The position numbers were made by a program, and so were the translations under genes. 64,000 bases of DNA from a virus (taxonomy: Duplodnaviria > Caudoviricetes): positions 13,212-77,211 of IMG/VR virus record IMGVR_UViG_3300037400_001903. One strand, written 5' to 3'. The notes under the pieces were generated by a model. It searched no databases. It was not told the DNA's origin and saw only the letters and a program-made list of their open reading frames with translations. This document shows positions 47,378 through 56,509 of this stretch, piece by piece. How positions within the stretch are numbered: the first letter of the stretch is position 1; every line of letters starts with the position of its first letter.

Positions 47378-50300
47378 TTAAGATTTAACAAATACTGTTT
47401 TTGTGACCACAGTTCCATCTGCCATTGTAAATGTCCAAGTCTCAGAACTTAACTCTTCAACCCAAACATCCATTGTATGGAAATAAGCTTCAAAAGTTGT
47501 ATCCCATTTAATATATAATTGAGCATATATAACTCTTCTAGTTGCACCTAAATTATTAAATGAAGTAATACTAGATTGTGTAGGAAACTCCTCTGATTTA
47601 TAAACAACTCCACTACTATTATCTACAGGAAATCCACTAGCAGAGACTGGTGTTAATAAAACACTTATACCCTTAAAACTAAGTTCTAATTTTGTTTTAT
47701 ATAACTGGTCGTTTGTTCCTGACTCAAAAAAGTCACTAGGTAATCCCATATTAATATCAGAATAATTGTGTTTCTGATTAGGCACCATTGTCGTAGGGTC
47801 TAAATCCTTAAATACATCACACGTTCCAAATACTGGAGTTTCAATACTAAGATTACCACTATCTAAAATAGATTGATTATTTATAGATTTAATGTTAGTT
47901 CCTGAAACTAAGTTAGGTTGTTTAGTATTTAATAACTCATCTATCTTATCTTTACTATATGAAGTTGTCGTAAAGTGTGTTATAGTATATGTTTTATCTA
48001 CCTTATTAATATTAACAACATAAAAATCAGCGTATGTTTGTCCTGCTAGTTGTGGAAAAGATGTAGGGTCATACTCTGCAGCGTTTCCAATAGACACAAA
48101 AGTCAAAGGTGAATTGCCTCCTGCAATTACATTTAAACTCCTATATTTATAACAATAGGTGTAAACATTATTACTATAATAATTAACAATACAATAATCT
48201 TTTTGTGCTTCTGCAAACTGTGCATCAGTTAATGTTCCACTAAAATTTGATAGTTCAATATACCCAATGTTTGCTTTATCAAATTTGCCATTCCAATTAG
48301 TTTTATCTGCTGCTGTTACAAATTTATGTGTAGTAGATGTATCATCAATATCATCAGCATTTAGTGTAACTACACCTGTTTTAGAGTTAACACTTGATAC
48401 AGCATCTGCTGGATGCTCAAGTGGTTTCCAGTTTGAAAGTGTAGATGCAGGAGTACCAGCTAATATATATGTTTTAGATTCATCTGTTCTTATACATATA
48501 TCACCAATTTCAGCAGTTAATGCAAGCATCGCAACCTCTGATGCTGCAGTAAATTTATCATTAACTGCTACAGCTGGTAATACTGATGTATCTAATTTAC
48601 CATTAACATCTAGAATAGGTACGTTACCTGATGATGTTCCTGTGTTACATGCAGCAGCTGTACCTAATGTAGGTTTATTTTGAATGAATGCATCAGAGGA
48701 TGAATTCTTTTCATTCCAATTAGCCTTTACATTTACTTGTGCACCTGCTTCAATACCAGATAGTTTTGTTTTTTCTTCTGTAGTATAAGCAGCAGTTGTT
48801 TCATCTAGTATGTTTTTATTACTATGATTATGTCTATCTAATGTGTTAGCATCTACTTTATCTCTATATGTTCCAGAGAAGTCATATTCTGATAAACCTT
48901 TACCTGTAACTTTATCTACTTTTTCATCAAGTGCTTTATATATTCCATTAGATGTAACAGGATTAGCTGAATCTTTTATAGGTTTTGGGTCAAATGTAAG
49001 ATTGTTTTGTTTTTTTGCTAGTTCTGTATAGACAGCACCTGATTCAACTAAAGAAGTATTTCCACTAGTTACACTAGCTGTTGAATTCTTTACTGCTGCT
49101 GTGCCTAAACCTAGATTTGCTCTAGCATTTCCTTGATTATCTAAACCTAAGTTTTGATTAGCATCATAAGATACTGCATGAATTTGTGCAGTTGTTACTT
49201 CATGTGGGTTATTCTTATTTGCTTTATGATTATTAATATCTGTCTGTGCTGCAGATGCTGCAGATGTATTAGCTTCAACGTGAGCTATTAAAGAAGCATA
49301 CTCAGAATTAGGAGACTCTTTAATATAATTTATAATTTCTGCTAGCGTATCTAGTGTTGAATCTAAAGATGTGTCAGAATCAATACCTAGTGTTGTATTA
49401 ACAACTGTTCTCCATTGTTCGATTGATGCAGTATATGTATTAACTGCATTAGATACAGCAGTATTTACATCAGCTGTAGTTGATTGTTCATAAGCTGCAA
49501 GGCTTTCTGCAATAGCATTGTCTTTAGCTAGTTTATATGCAGATAAATCAGAATCAATAGCAGCGTCTTTAGCATTCCATAGAGCAAGTAATGAGTCCCA
49601 GTACCCTGAAACAGTATTTGCATAAGTTGTATTTACCTTAGTATCCCAAGCTGTGTGGTCTAAAGCTCTTTGTGCCTCAGCATTTTGTCTAGCTGTTTCA
49701 TTAGCTTGACGTTGGTTCTCATTATAAACTCTTGAACCAGATGCAGGTACTGATACAGTATAACCTATACCACCATATTCTGCTGTATTTCTAGCTGCTT
49801 CATTAGATTCTCTTGTAGTTTCATTAGATTGTCTGGTAGTTTCATTAGCTTGGCGAGTGTTCTCTTGAGCCATACGTGTACCTGATGCAGGATTAGCTTT
49901 AGTTCCACCAGTGCTCTTACCATATTCACCATCAATAGCCTCATTAACATCCTCAAGAATACTCTGCTCAAGTAGTGTTTTAGTTATTGAACCAGTTTTA
50001 ATAGCTGCAGATATTGTTCTTTCATGTGTAACATTATCAGCTTGGCTTATTGTTATACTAATAGTTGCAGTATCTTGTGGATTATAAACATCTACTAGAT
50101 TAACCACAGGGATTCTAATTTCAGTTCCTTCTTTAAGTGTTAAAACAATTTCTTTGTTTGTAGAATCATAATAGTTTTTACCAGTACCAGTATCTAATAA
50201 GTACTCTGATGGTAAATCTATTGTTCCTAGAACTGTGTAGACATCATTAGCTTTATCTGTATAATGAACTAATTTGGCTACACCAGTTGTACTATTATAT

Positions 50301-51193
50301 TTTAAATCTAGGTTATCTAGAATAGCTTGTCTTGCATTAGAGTTGGCTGTATCACTAGTAGTAAGCTCAGTTTTAGTAGCATAAGTTGTAGTTATAACAT
50401 TACCTGATGCATCAGCTGTAGCTTTTTTAGCTGTATCTGTTTTAGATGTTTCGAGTAATGCCTCAAGTTGTGCTATTGTTGCAAATGTAGTGTCCACATA
50501 AGCTCTCTCATTAACGATATCTCCTCTAGTTGCAGGAGCTGTATCATTATTTGTCCAAGTATTTCTAGCAGGTCTTTCATTAATATCAATAACTGCATTA
50601 CTTATAACCATTTTATTATTCTTTTTAGATAAGTAATCCTTTAACCAATTTAAAATATCTAAATATAAAGCTGTAGTAACTATTGTATGAGTCTGCAGTT
50701 TACCTTCTTCAACATCATCAACAGTCTTTATGAATTTAGTTACAGAACCAGATTTATGGAAAACATAACCAATACATTGTTCTGCATCAGTATGTACTTC
50801 TATTGTAAAACTATCAGGACCAAATTTTATTTTTGTTCTGTGATTAGGAGACTCAATAAGTTCAGTTATAGCGCCATTAAGTAAGTTTAATGTGTCATTC
50901 ATTTGCTGTGTTCCACTACCATCACCCATAGGTAACTTTTTAGAATCTTCTGTCTTAGTGGCATAAGTCTCTGTTATTATATTTCCATCAGCATCTGCAG
51001 TTGCTTTTTTAACTGTATCATTAGCTTCCTCCATTAAATTCTCATGGAAAGTATCAAATGCTTCTTTATCTGTATTGATTTGGTCAAAAGCATCTTCTAT
51101 TCCTTCTTCGATTTTATTAAGTTTTGATGCAGATATTTCTGTTTCCTCATCTACCCAAACTGTTTTTATATATGGGTTAGCTCTTTTACTCAT
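47378..51193 (-). CDS. Long mosaic tail fibre protein
   Basis: Anchor-like N terminus, coiled-coil RQxNExxR repeats, fibre modules GKGLSEYDF, KTKLSGIEAGAQVNV, DDIDDTSTTHKFVT. Confidence 0.8.
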   Translation of the reverse strand: MSKRANPYIKTVWVDEETEISASKLNKIEEGIEDAFDQINTDKEAFDTFHENLMEEANDTVKKATADADGNIITETYATKTEDSKKLPMGDGSGTQQMNDTLNLLNGAITELIESPNHRTKIKFGPDSFTIEVHTDAEQCIGYVFHKSGSVTKFIKTVDDVEEGKLQTHTIVTTALYLDILNWLKDYLSKKNNKMVISNAVIDINERPARNTWTNNDTAPATRGDIVNERAYVDTTFATIAQLEALLETSKTDTAKKATADASGNVITTTYATKTELTTSDTANSNARQAILDNLDLKYNSTTGVAKLVHYTDKANDVYTVLGTIDLPSEYLLDTGTGKNYYDSTNKEIVLTLKEGTEIRIPVVNLVDVYNPQDTATISITISQADNVTHERTISAAIKTGSITKTLLEQSILEDVNEAIDGEYGKSTGGTKANPASGTRMAQENTRQANETTRQSNETTRESNEAARNTAEYGGIGYTVSVPASGSRVYNENQRQANETARQNAEAQRALDHTAWDTKVNTTYANTVSGYWDSLLALWNAKDAAIDSDLSAYKLAKDNAIAESLAAYEQSTTADVNTAVSNAVNTYTASIEQWRTVVNTTLGIDSDTSLDSTLDTLAEIINYIKESPNSEYASLIAHVEANTSAASAAQTDINNHKANKNNPHEVTTAQIHAVSYDANQNLGLDNQGNARANLGLGTAAVKNSTASVTSGNTSLVESGAVYTELAKKQNNLTFDPKPIKDSANPVTSNGIYKALDEKVDKVTGKGLSEYDFSGTYRDKVDANTLDRHNHSNKNILDETTAAYTTEEKTKLSGIEAGAQVNVKANWNEKNSSSDAFIQNKPTLGTAAACNTGTSSGNVPILDVNGKLDTSVLPAVAVNDKFTAASEVAMLALTAEIGDICIRTDESKTYILAGTPASTLSNWKPLEHPADAVSSVNSKTGVVTLNADDIDDTSTTHKFVTAADKTNWNGKFDKANIGYIELSNFSGTLTDAQFAEAQKDYCIVNYYSNNVYTYCYKYRSLNVIAGGNSPLTFVSIGNAAEYDPTSFPQLAGQTYADFYVVNINKVDKTYTITHFTTTSYSKDKIDELLNTKQPNLVSGTNIKSINNQSILDSGNLSIETPVFGTCDVFKDLDPTTMVPNQKHNYSDINMGLPSDFFESGTNDQLYKTKLELSFKGISVLLTPVSASGFPVDNSSGVVYKSEEFPTQSSITSFNNLGATRRVIYAQLYIKWDTTFEAYFHTMDVWVEELSSETWTFTMADGTVVTKTVFVKS

Positions 51194-52454
51194 TATTTTG
51201 TCCTCCTACTAGTTCATCATAATTAAATGGTCTTAAATCACTGTGAAGTTTAAGCTTCGGTGAGCAGACTATAGTTTTATTAGGCCTGATGCCTATTGTT
51301 TTAGTGTAAGCTTCAGATTTGTATGTGGCATTTATACCATACAATATCCTTTCTGTATCAATTCTAGGATTTGTGTCATCCTGTAGGATGATTACGTTTG
51401 AATCCTCATCTGTTTTTTGACTTAATGTTATGTTATCTCTATTAACTGTGAACATTACAAAGTCAAAGTCTGTATCTGATAAGAATGTATCTATATGTAG
51501 TAAACATTTATAGAATGTATATTCCTCATCCTGTTCTGTATTAGGATTGAAGAGTCTCTTAGTATATTTTATTCTATCAAAGTGTGCATATATAGGTGTA
51601 GAGAAATTTATTTTAACAGCTAGATTGTTAGGATTACTAACAACTGTAGCCTCTTTCTTAACAACTATTTGCCTAATCTTTTTTATACCTTTATTTGTCT
51701 TGATATAACCATAAGCACGCTTAATAAATGGTTTGTATATGTAAGTAATAGATTTAAGTATCTCACCTTTAAGATTTGTTATATAGAGTTCAACAAGTAT
51801 TGGTTTATTATATTCATAACCTGATGTAGATTCTAATAACATTTTTTCTTTAGTTGTAGATTCAATCTGTTCCAAAATATTTCCAGTGCTTATTGATTTA
51901 ATTATCGCAACAGTTTTTAAATTTGAATTGTTATAATTAAAGTCTGACTCTGTCTTATAAGCATAAGTAAAATCAATGTATAATTTATTTAAAGATATAT
52001 TACCACTTGTTGTTGGTTTATTATAGATAACAAGATTTTTTATATCAGGTAACTCTACTGGTTCAGATACTAAATCTAAAGTATCACTTGACCATAGAGC
52101 TCTTGTATATAAATCTTCAACATTTGCTAGAATAAGATAACATTTTCTATACCACCTATCTTTTTGCATAGGCGATTTATTATCATTTGTTATGTCTATT
52201 GTTATTCTTGTCTCTTTATAACCATTAACATTAACATTTAATAGATTTGTTTCATAAGCATTTATGCTATCAATCCAATAAGCTGTGTTATCTATTAAAT
52301 ATTTTTCTTCACTATTAACATCATATAAATAAAACCTTACACCTGTTGGTTTATCAGTCGTTGCACTTGCAAAAAAGAGACAAGTAATTGTTGCTGTAGA
52401 ACCAACAACAGATATGTCAGTTATTTTGCAATCAGTATTTGTCCCTTTAATCAT
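51186..52454 (-). CDS. Putative tail/baseplate protein
   Basis: 422 aa, beta-rich, within the tail operon. Confidence 0.5.
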   Translation of the reverse strand: MIKGTNTDCKITDISVVGSTATITCLFFASATTDKPTGVRFYLYDVNSEEKYLIDNTAYWIDSINAYETNLLNVNVNGYKETRITIDITNDNKSPMQKDRWYRKCYLILANVEDLYTRALWSSDTLDLVSEPVELPDIKNLVIYNKPTTSGNISLNKLYIDFTYAYKTESDFNYNNSNLKTVAIIKSISTGNILEQIESTTKEKMLLESTSGYEYNKPILVELYITNLKGEILKSITYIYKPFIKRAYGYIKTNKGIKKIRQIVVKKEATVVSNPNNLAVKINFSTPIYAHFDRIKYTKRLFNPNTEQDEEYTFYKCLLHIDTFLSDTDFDFVMFTVNRDNITLSQKTDEDSNVIILQDDTNPRIDTERILYGINATYKSEAYTKTIGIRPNKTIVCSPKLKLHSDLRPFNYDELVGGQNNE

Positions 52455-52456
52455 TG

Positions 52457-53083
52457 TTATTCATCCTCCACCTGTACGTAAATAGTTCCATTAGGTTTAG
52501 TTGCTAATGCCTCTTCAGGGTCTGCAGTACCGTAGCTTATCTTATCTTTAAGTTTATCAACTCTTTCAATTATATTTGATAAGTCACCAACAGTTGCTAG
52601 TCTGACTGAAGTTAAAGAGTTCTCACCTACTGTAGGTATGTCTAAGAACTTAGCATTAGTAGCTGTTAAGTTTGAGATTTGAATTGAATTGTATGATGGT
52701 GAGTTTACTAATATAACTGTATTTGTATTACCTTTAGCGAATCTAAATGTACACATTCTGTAAGCAATTATATCACCAACATCTGCTGGTCTAGTATTAC
52801 CATCATTTGTTTCTATTATAATATCAAATTTTAAATCTTGATAAGTAGGAGTGTCATCCAAAGAGCTTGTTGGAACTTTAATAACAAGCTTATTTCTACC
52901 TGCAATACTTGATTGTGTTGGCACAAAGAATATTAAACAATCAGATGGTAGGAAAGAAAATTTATAAATTAAATTAAACTCTCTTAAATGCTCATCTGTT
53001 GTTGGTGTATAAGATGCTTGTGTATATACCTTAGGAAAATAAGGCAGCATTTCCAATAATAAGTCTTCAATAGGTTTATCCAT
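52457..53083 (-). CDS. Putative tail-associated protein
   Basis: C-terminal ISYGTADP...PNGTIYVQ motif typical of phage fibre/baseplate ends. Confidence 0.5.
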   Translation of the reverse strand: MDKPIEDLLLEMLPYFPKVYTQASYTPTTDEHLREFNLIYKFSFLPSDCLIFFVPTQSSIAGRNKLVIKVPTSSLDDTPTYQDLKFDIIIETNDGNTRPADVGDIIAYRMCTFRFAKGNTNTVILVNSPSYNSIQISNLTATNAKFLDIPTVGENSLTSVRLATVGDLSNIIERVDKLKDKISYGTADPEEALATKPNGTIYVQVEDE

Positions 53084-54038
53084 TTTGTGTCACTCCTTCT
53101 GGTAATAATTTTATTTCAGTTTGTTTAGCTGCTTCCTGTTTAACCCATTTATCATATTCCATTAAAACACCTTTTCTAAATCTTGCATCATGAAGAGTTA
53201 TCTTATTAGCATGCTTTTTAGCATACATAGTTGAACTCCACATATTGATGACAAGAGTGAAACATTTAATGGCTAATGACATGAATGCAGCTTTGTTAAA
53301 TACTATAGCATCGAATAAGATACTTGATAAAATAAATGTAAAGCCAAATGATAAGAATAATTTAGGTACTCTATATCTAATTATTTGAGCATTCTCATGT
53401 TTCTCAACAAATTCATTTGGTCCTGCATCTTCATCTTCTGAATAATACTCAGATAATAAAGTGCTTATTGTAACTCTATCATACTTGACAGGCTCTGTGT
53501 CAATGATTCTTTCAATCAATTCCTCATCAAGTTGTTCTTCATACATCTTTCTTTTTCTACAATATTCACTGTTTTCTTTTTGTTCTTCAGTGCCTTTGTT
53601 CCAAAGATGCATTTCCTCTTCTTTATATCTTAACTTTTTAATTTGGAAGAAGAATAAATTTATAGTTATATAATCTAGCTTAGCTAGCTTTAGCCCAACC
53701 AAGAATTTATATTGAGCTATCTTTCTTTTCTTATTGAATACTGCTAAGAACTTTAAGATTATGGATGGTATATTAGTTTCGCCAGCAGCAAAATTATCTA
53801 TGTATTCTATGCATGTCTTATATTCAGCATTGTTTTCTTTAAACCAATCTAGATATAAATAGACTGAGCCCAATGTAACGAATATAATTGCAGCATCTGT
53901 TATTAATTGTTCAATATAGAAGTAGCCATCCTTAAGCATTTCCCATCCTATATTAGCAGTGAATAATGTAGCACCACCTACTAATAAGAAAGACAATAAG
54001 AACATAGCTACTATTTGTAATCTTTCAATTATCTTCAT
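53076..54038 (-). CDS. Multi-pass membrane protein
   Basis: Two N-terminal and two C-terminal hydrophobic helices around a soluble domain. Confidence 0.7.
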   Translation of the reverse strand: MKIIERLQIVAMFLLSFLLVGGATLFTANIGWEMLKDGYFYIEQLITDAAIIFVTLGSVYLYLDWFKENNAEYKTCIEYIDNFAAGETNIPSIILKFLAVFNKKRKIAQYKFLVGLKLAKLDYITINLFFFQIKKLRYKEEEMHLWNKGTEEQKENSEYCRKRKMYEEQLDEELIERIIDTEPVKYDRVTISTLLSEYYSEDEDAGPNEFVEKHENAQIIRYRVPKLFLSFGFTFILSSILFDAIVFNKAAFMSLAIKCFTLVINMWSSTMYAKKHANKITLHDARFRKGVLMEYDKWVKQEAAKQTEIKLLPEGVTQNG

Positions 54039-54041
54039 AAA

Positions 54042-54611
54042 TTATTTTCCCATCTCTTCTTTAATTATTTCTCTTATGTCTTCTAGTTGTTCAGCATTAG
54101 TTTCTCTAGTTTCTTGCTTTCTTAACTCTCTCTTGATTAAGAAGTCATACTTCTTCTCAATAGGTAGAATTACAACGTAACCTAATACTTGACATACAGA
54201 TGTTAAGCATAGACATAATAAAAATTTTTGAAGTGTTTTTAATAAAGCATCCATTTCTTCTTTGGCTAGTTTAAACCAATTAGGTAATTTCATAGCTAGT
54301 ATAACACATAATACTATAATGATTATTGACCAAATATTTTTACCTATACCAAGTAAGATATATTTTAGATTACTATACTCCCAAGAATTTACCCAATTCT
54401 TAAGTTCTTCTTTAAATCTTCTACATAATACATAGGCAACTATTATAAATATAATAGATATTTTAACGATTGTTTTTGTTTTCATAAACTGATAATTACA
54501 ACCCCAAATAACGCATGGTATTACTAGGGTTGTAAGAAAAAATAGTATTCTATACATCAGTCTAAATCTTTTTTCTTTTTTAATATTGGCTTTTGTATAA
54601 GTAGCTGCCAT
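54042..54611 (-). CDS. Four-helix membrane protein
   Basis: Four hydrophobic segments and a charged C terminus. Confidence 0.7.
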   Translation of the reverse strand: MAATYTKANIKKEKRFRLMYRILFFLTTLVIPCVIWGCNYQFMKTKTIVKISIIFIIVAYVLCRRFKEELKNWVNSWEYSNLKYILLGIGKNIWSIIIIVLCVILAMKLPNWFKLAKEEMDALLKTLQKFLLCLCLTSVCQVLGYVVILPIEKKYDFLIKRELRKQETRETNAEQLEDIREIIKEEMGK

Positions 54612-54622
54612 AATAGCACCTC

Positions 54623-55120
54623 CTATACTGTTAATTTATCAATAGCATTCTGTGCAGTTTCACTAGCTATATTAAGAACTTCATTTATGTTCTCAGTTTT
54701 TTCTTTAAGTTCTTGTTTAATTGTACCTAAATCAGTGTTAGTACCCTCTTCAATCTTTTCAACTAATTTAATTACAGGCTTAGCTAAATCAAGCTCACCT
54801 TGTTCTTTTAATTGATTAGATAAAGTAACAAGTTCCTTCTTTGTATCAGAAGAGATTGTATTTGAACTTAAGTAGGCAGTAACTACAATGTCTCCTAATG
54901 TAGCACATGCTTGTCTAAGTTTCTTGTTGTCTTCTGTTAATTTACTTACAGATTTTTCAGTAGCAGTAAGTTCTCTATTTGCATTAATAAGTTTCTTAGT
55001 TGCTCTCCATTCTGTGAAAGTCTTAACTACTGCGAATATACCTACGCATATAGTGAAAACTTTATCTAAGGTAATACTTCCACCGAATACTACATCAATA
55101 AAATCTTTTAAGTTATCCAT
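54623..55120 (-). CDS. Single-pass membrane coiled-coil protein (holin-like candidate)
   Basis: VFTICVGIFAVV then coiled coil. Confidence 0.5.
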   Translation of the reverse strand: MDNLKDFIDVVFGGSITLDKVFTICVGIFAVVKTFTEWRATKKLINANRELTATEKSVSKLTEDNKKLRQACATLGDIVVTAYLSSNTISSDTKKELVTLSNQLKEQGELDLAKPVIKLVEKIEEGTNTDLGTIKQELKEKTENINEVLNIASETAQNAIDKLTV

Positions 55121-55131
55121 TGTTCTGCCTC

Positions 55132-55884
55132 CTAAATTATTCCATCATTAAGGTGTCTTTGAAGTTGTAATTTAATATCAGATACTTCATCTTGCAAGTC
55201 TTTTAATATATCACCTTGAGTTTTAAGTGAACTATTCAAAGCCCTTACTGCATCAGAAATGTCAGATATTACTTCTGAAACATACTTCATTTGATTATAT
55301 TTTATCATAGAAGCATCTAAATTGATAGAACTATTTATAGCTTTTTGTCCGTTAACTTCTTTAACTACATCAACGAAAGGATATACAGCTACGAAATTAC
55401 CGTTGTCATCAATAGCTTGTAACATCATTCCTTTCTTTATGTAATCTTTATTTAAGATTGTTGGTGACTCTATCACATGACTTTTAACTAAATGATTTAA
55501 TATAGATTCTAATGAAGTAATCTTTTTATAAAGTTGCTTGATTGAATCAGACTGTGTCTTCTTTAAATCGAATGTTATTTTCTCAAGATTAAAATTAAAC
55601 TTAATAAGATTTGTTTCTTGAGTGTTGTCACTATCAACTAATATTAATTTGAATGTAGAATCTATAAGATATTGCTTAACATCTTCTGTTAATGATAACT
55701 TAGATGTATAAATATTATCTTTAGAATTCACAAATTCAATAACTATTGATGAACCATTAGTTAATAATAATTCTCCAAACACCAATGTAGTTGGAGCTAC
55801 ATCAGTGTCTAGATAAATTATTTGATTTGCTGAGGTGATTGAATCACCAAGATATTTTAATAAATTATTTTTATATTCTAGCAT
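55132..55884 (-). CDS. Putative tail/baseplate protein
   Basis: Beta-rich N terminus plus coiled coil; GAGGTG RBS. Confidence 0.5.
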   Translation of the reverse strand: MLEYKNNLLKYLGDSITSANQIIYLDTDVAPTTLVFGELLLTNGSSIVIEFVNSKDNIYTSKLSLTEDVKQYLIDSTFKLILVDSDNTQETNLIKFNFNLEKITFDLKKTQSDSIKQLYKKITSLESILNHLVKSHVIESPTILNKDYIKKGMMLQAIDDNGNFVAVYPFVDVVKEVNGQKAINSSINLDASMIKYNQMKYVSEVISDISDAVRALNSSLKTQGDILKDLQDEVSDIKLQLQRHLNDGII

Positions 55885-55896
55885 TTTAATCACCTC

Positions 55897-56496
55897 TTAT
55901 TCTAATATTAAAAGTGTTACACTACTTGCATCATAATATAATTTTGTTGGTTGAATAATAATATTTTCTGCATTAGTATCGAAGGCTAATATTTTATGAC
56001 AATCTAATATTAAAGTATTAGAATCAATTTTAGCTTTTATATCTATTGATACAGCTGTTGTATTAGTATTTTTTTGTGATGCATAAGTTGACCCAAACAC
56101 TTGACTTACAGTTACAGAAGTATTATTAATAGGTACTGAATAAAATAGTTCTGTATGAGTATCATTTTGAAAATATAATCTTAGTGTGCCATTTATAAAT
56201 AGAGGCACATAAGTATATTCAGGCAAATCTAAAGATATTTTTAAAATATCAGCAGTATAGTATTTATTACCATTTAATGCATTACCAGTCTCCCAAACTT
56301 TTATTTTTTTAGATGCTTGAGACAACGGTAATGAAAATGACTTTAGAGTTTTTAAATTATTAGCTATATTAGATTCTATATTATCTTGAATATTATCAGA
56401 AGATATATATGTATAATCATTTTGGTTTGCTTTAGAACAACCAATTAATAGAAATAATAAAGCTATAGTAATTATAGATAAAAGTATTTTTTTCAT
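55897..56496 (-). CDS. Lipoprotein carrying a copy of the collagen fibre C-terminal domain
   Basis: GGAGG RBS, MKKILLSIITIALLFLLIG-C lipobox; WETGN.LNG, PL..NG.LR.YFQN and ILAFDTNAE are shared with the upstream fibre tip. Confidence 0.85.
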   Translation of the reverse strand: MKKILLSIITIALLFLLIGCSKANQNDYTYISSDNIQDNIESNIANNLKTLKSFSLPLSQASKKIKVWETGNALNGNKYYTADILKISLDLPEYTYVPLFINGTLRLYFQNDTHTELFYSVPINNTSVTVSQVFGSTYASQKNTNTTAVSIDIKAKIDSNTLILDCHKILAFDTNAENIIIQPTKLYYDASSVTLLILE

Positions 56497-56509
56497 AAGC
56501 CCTCCTATT

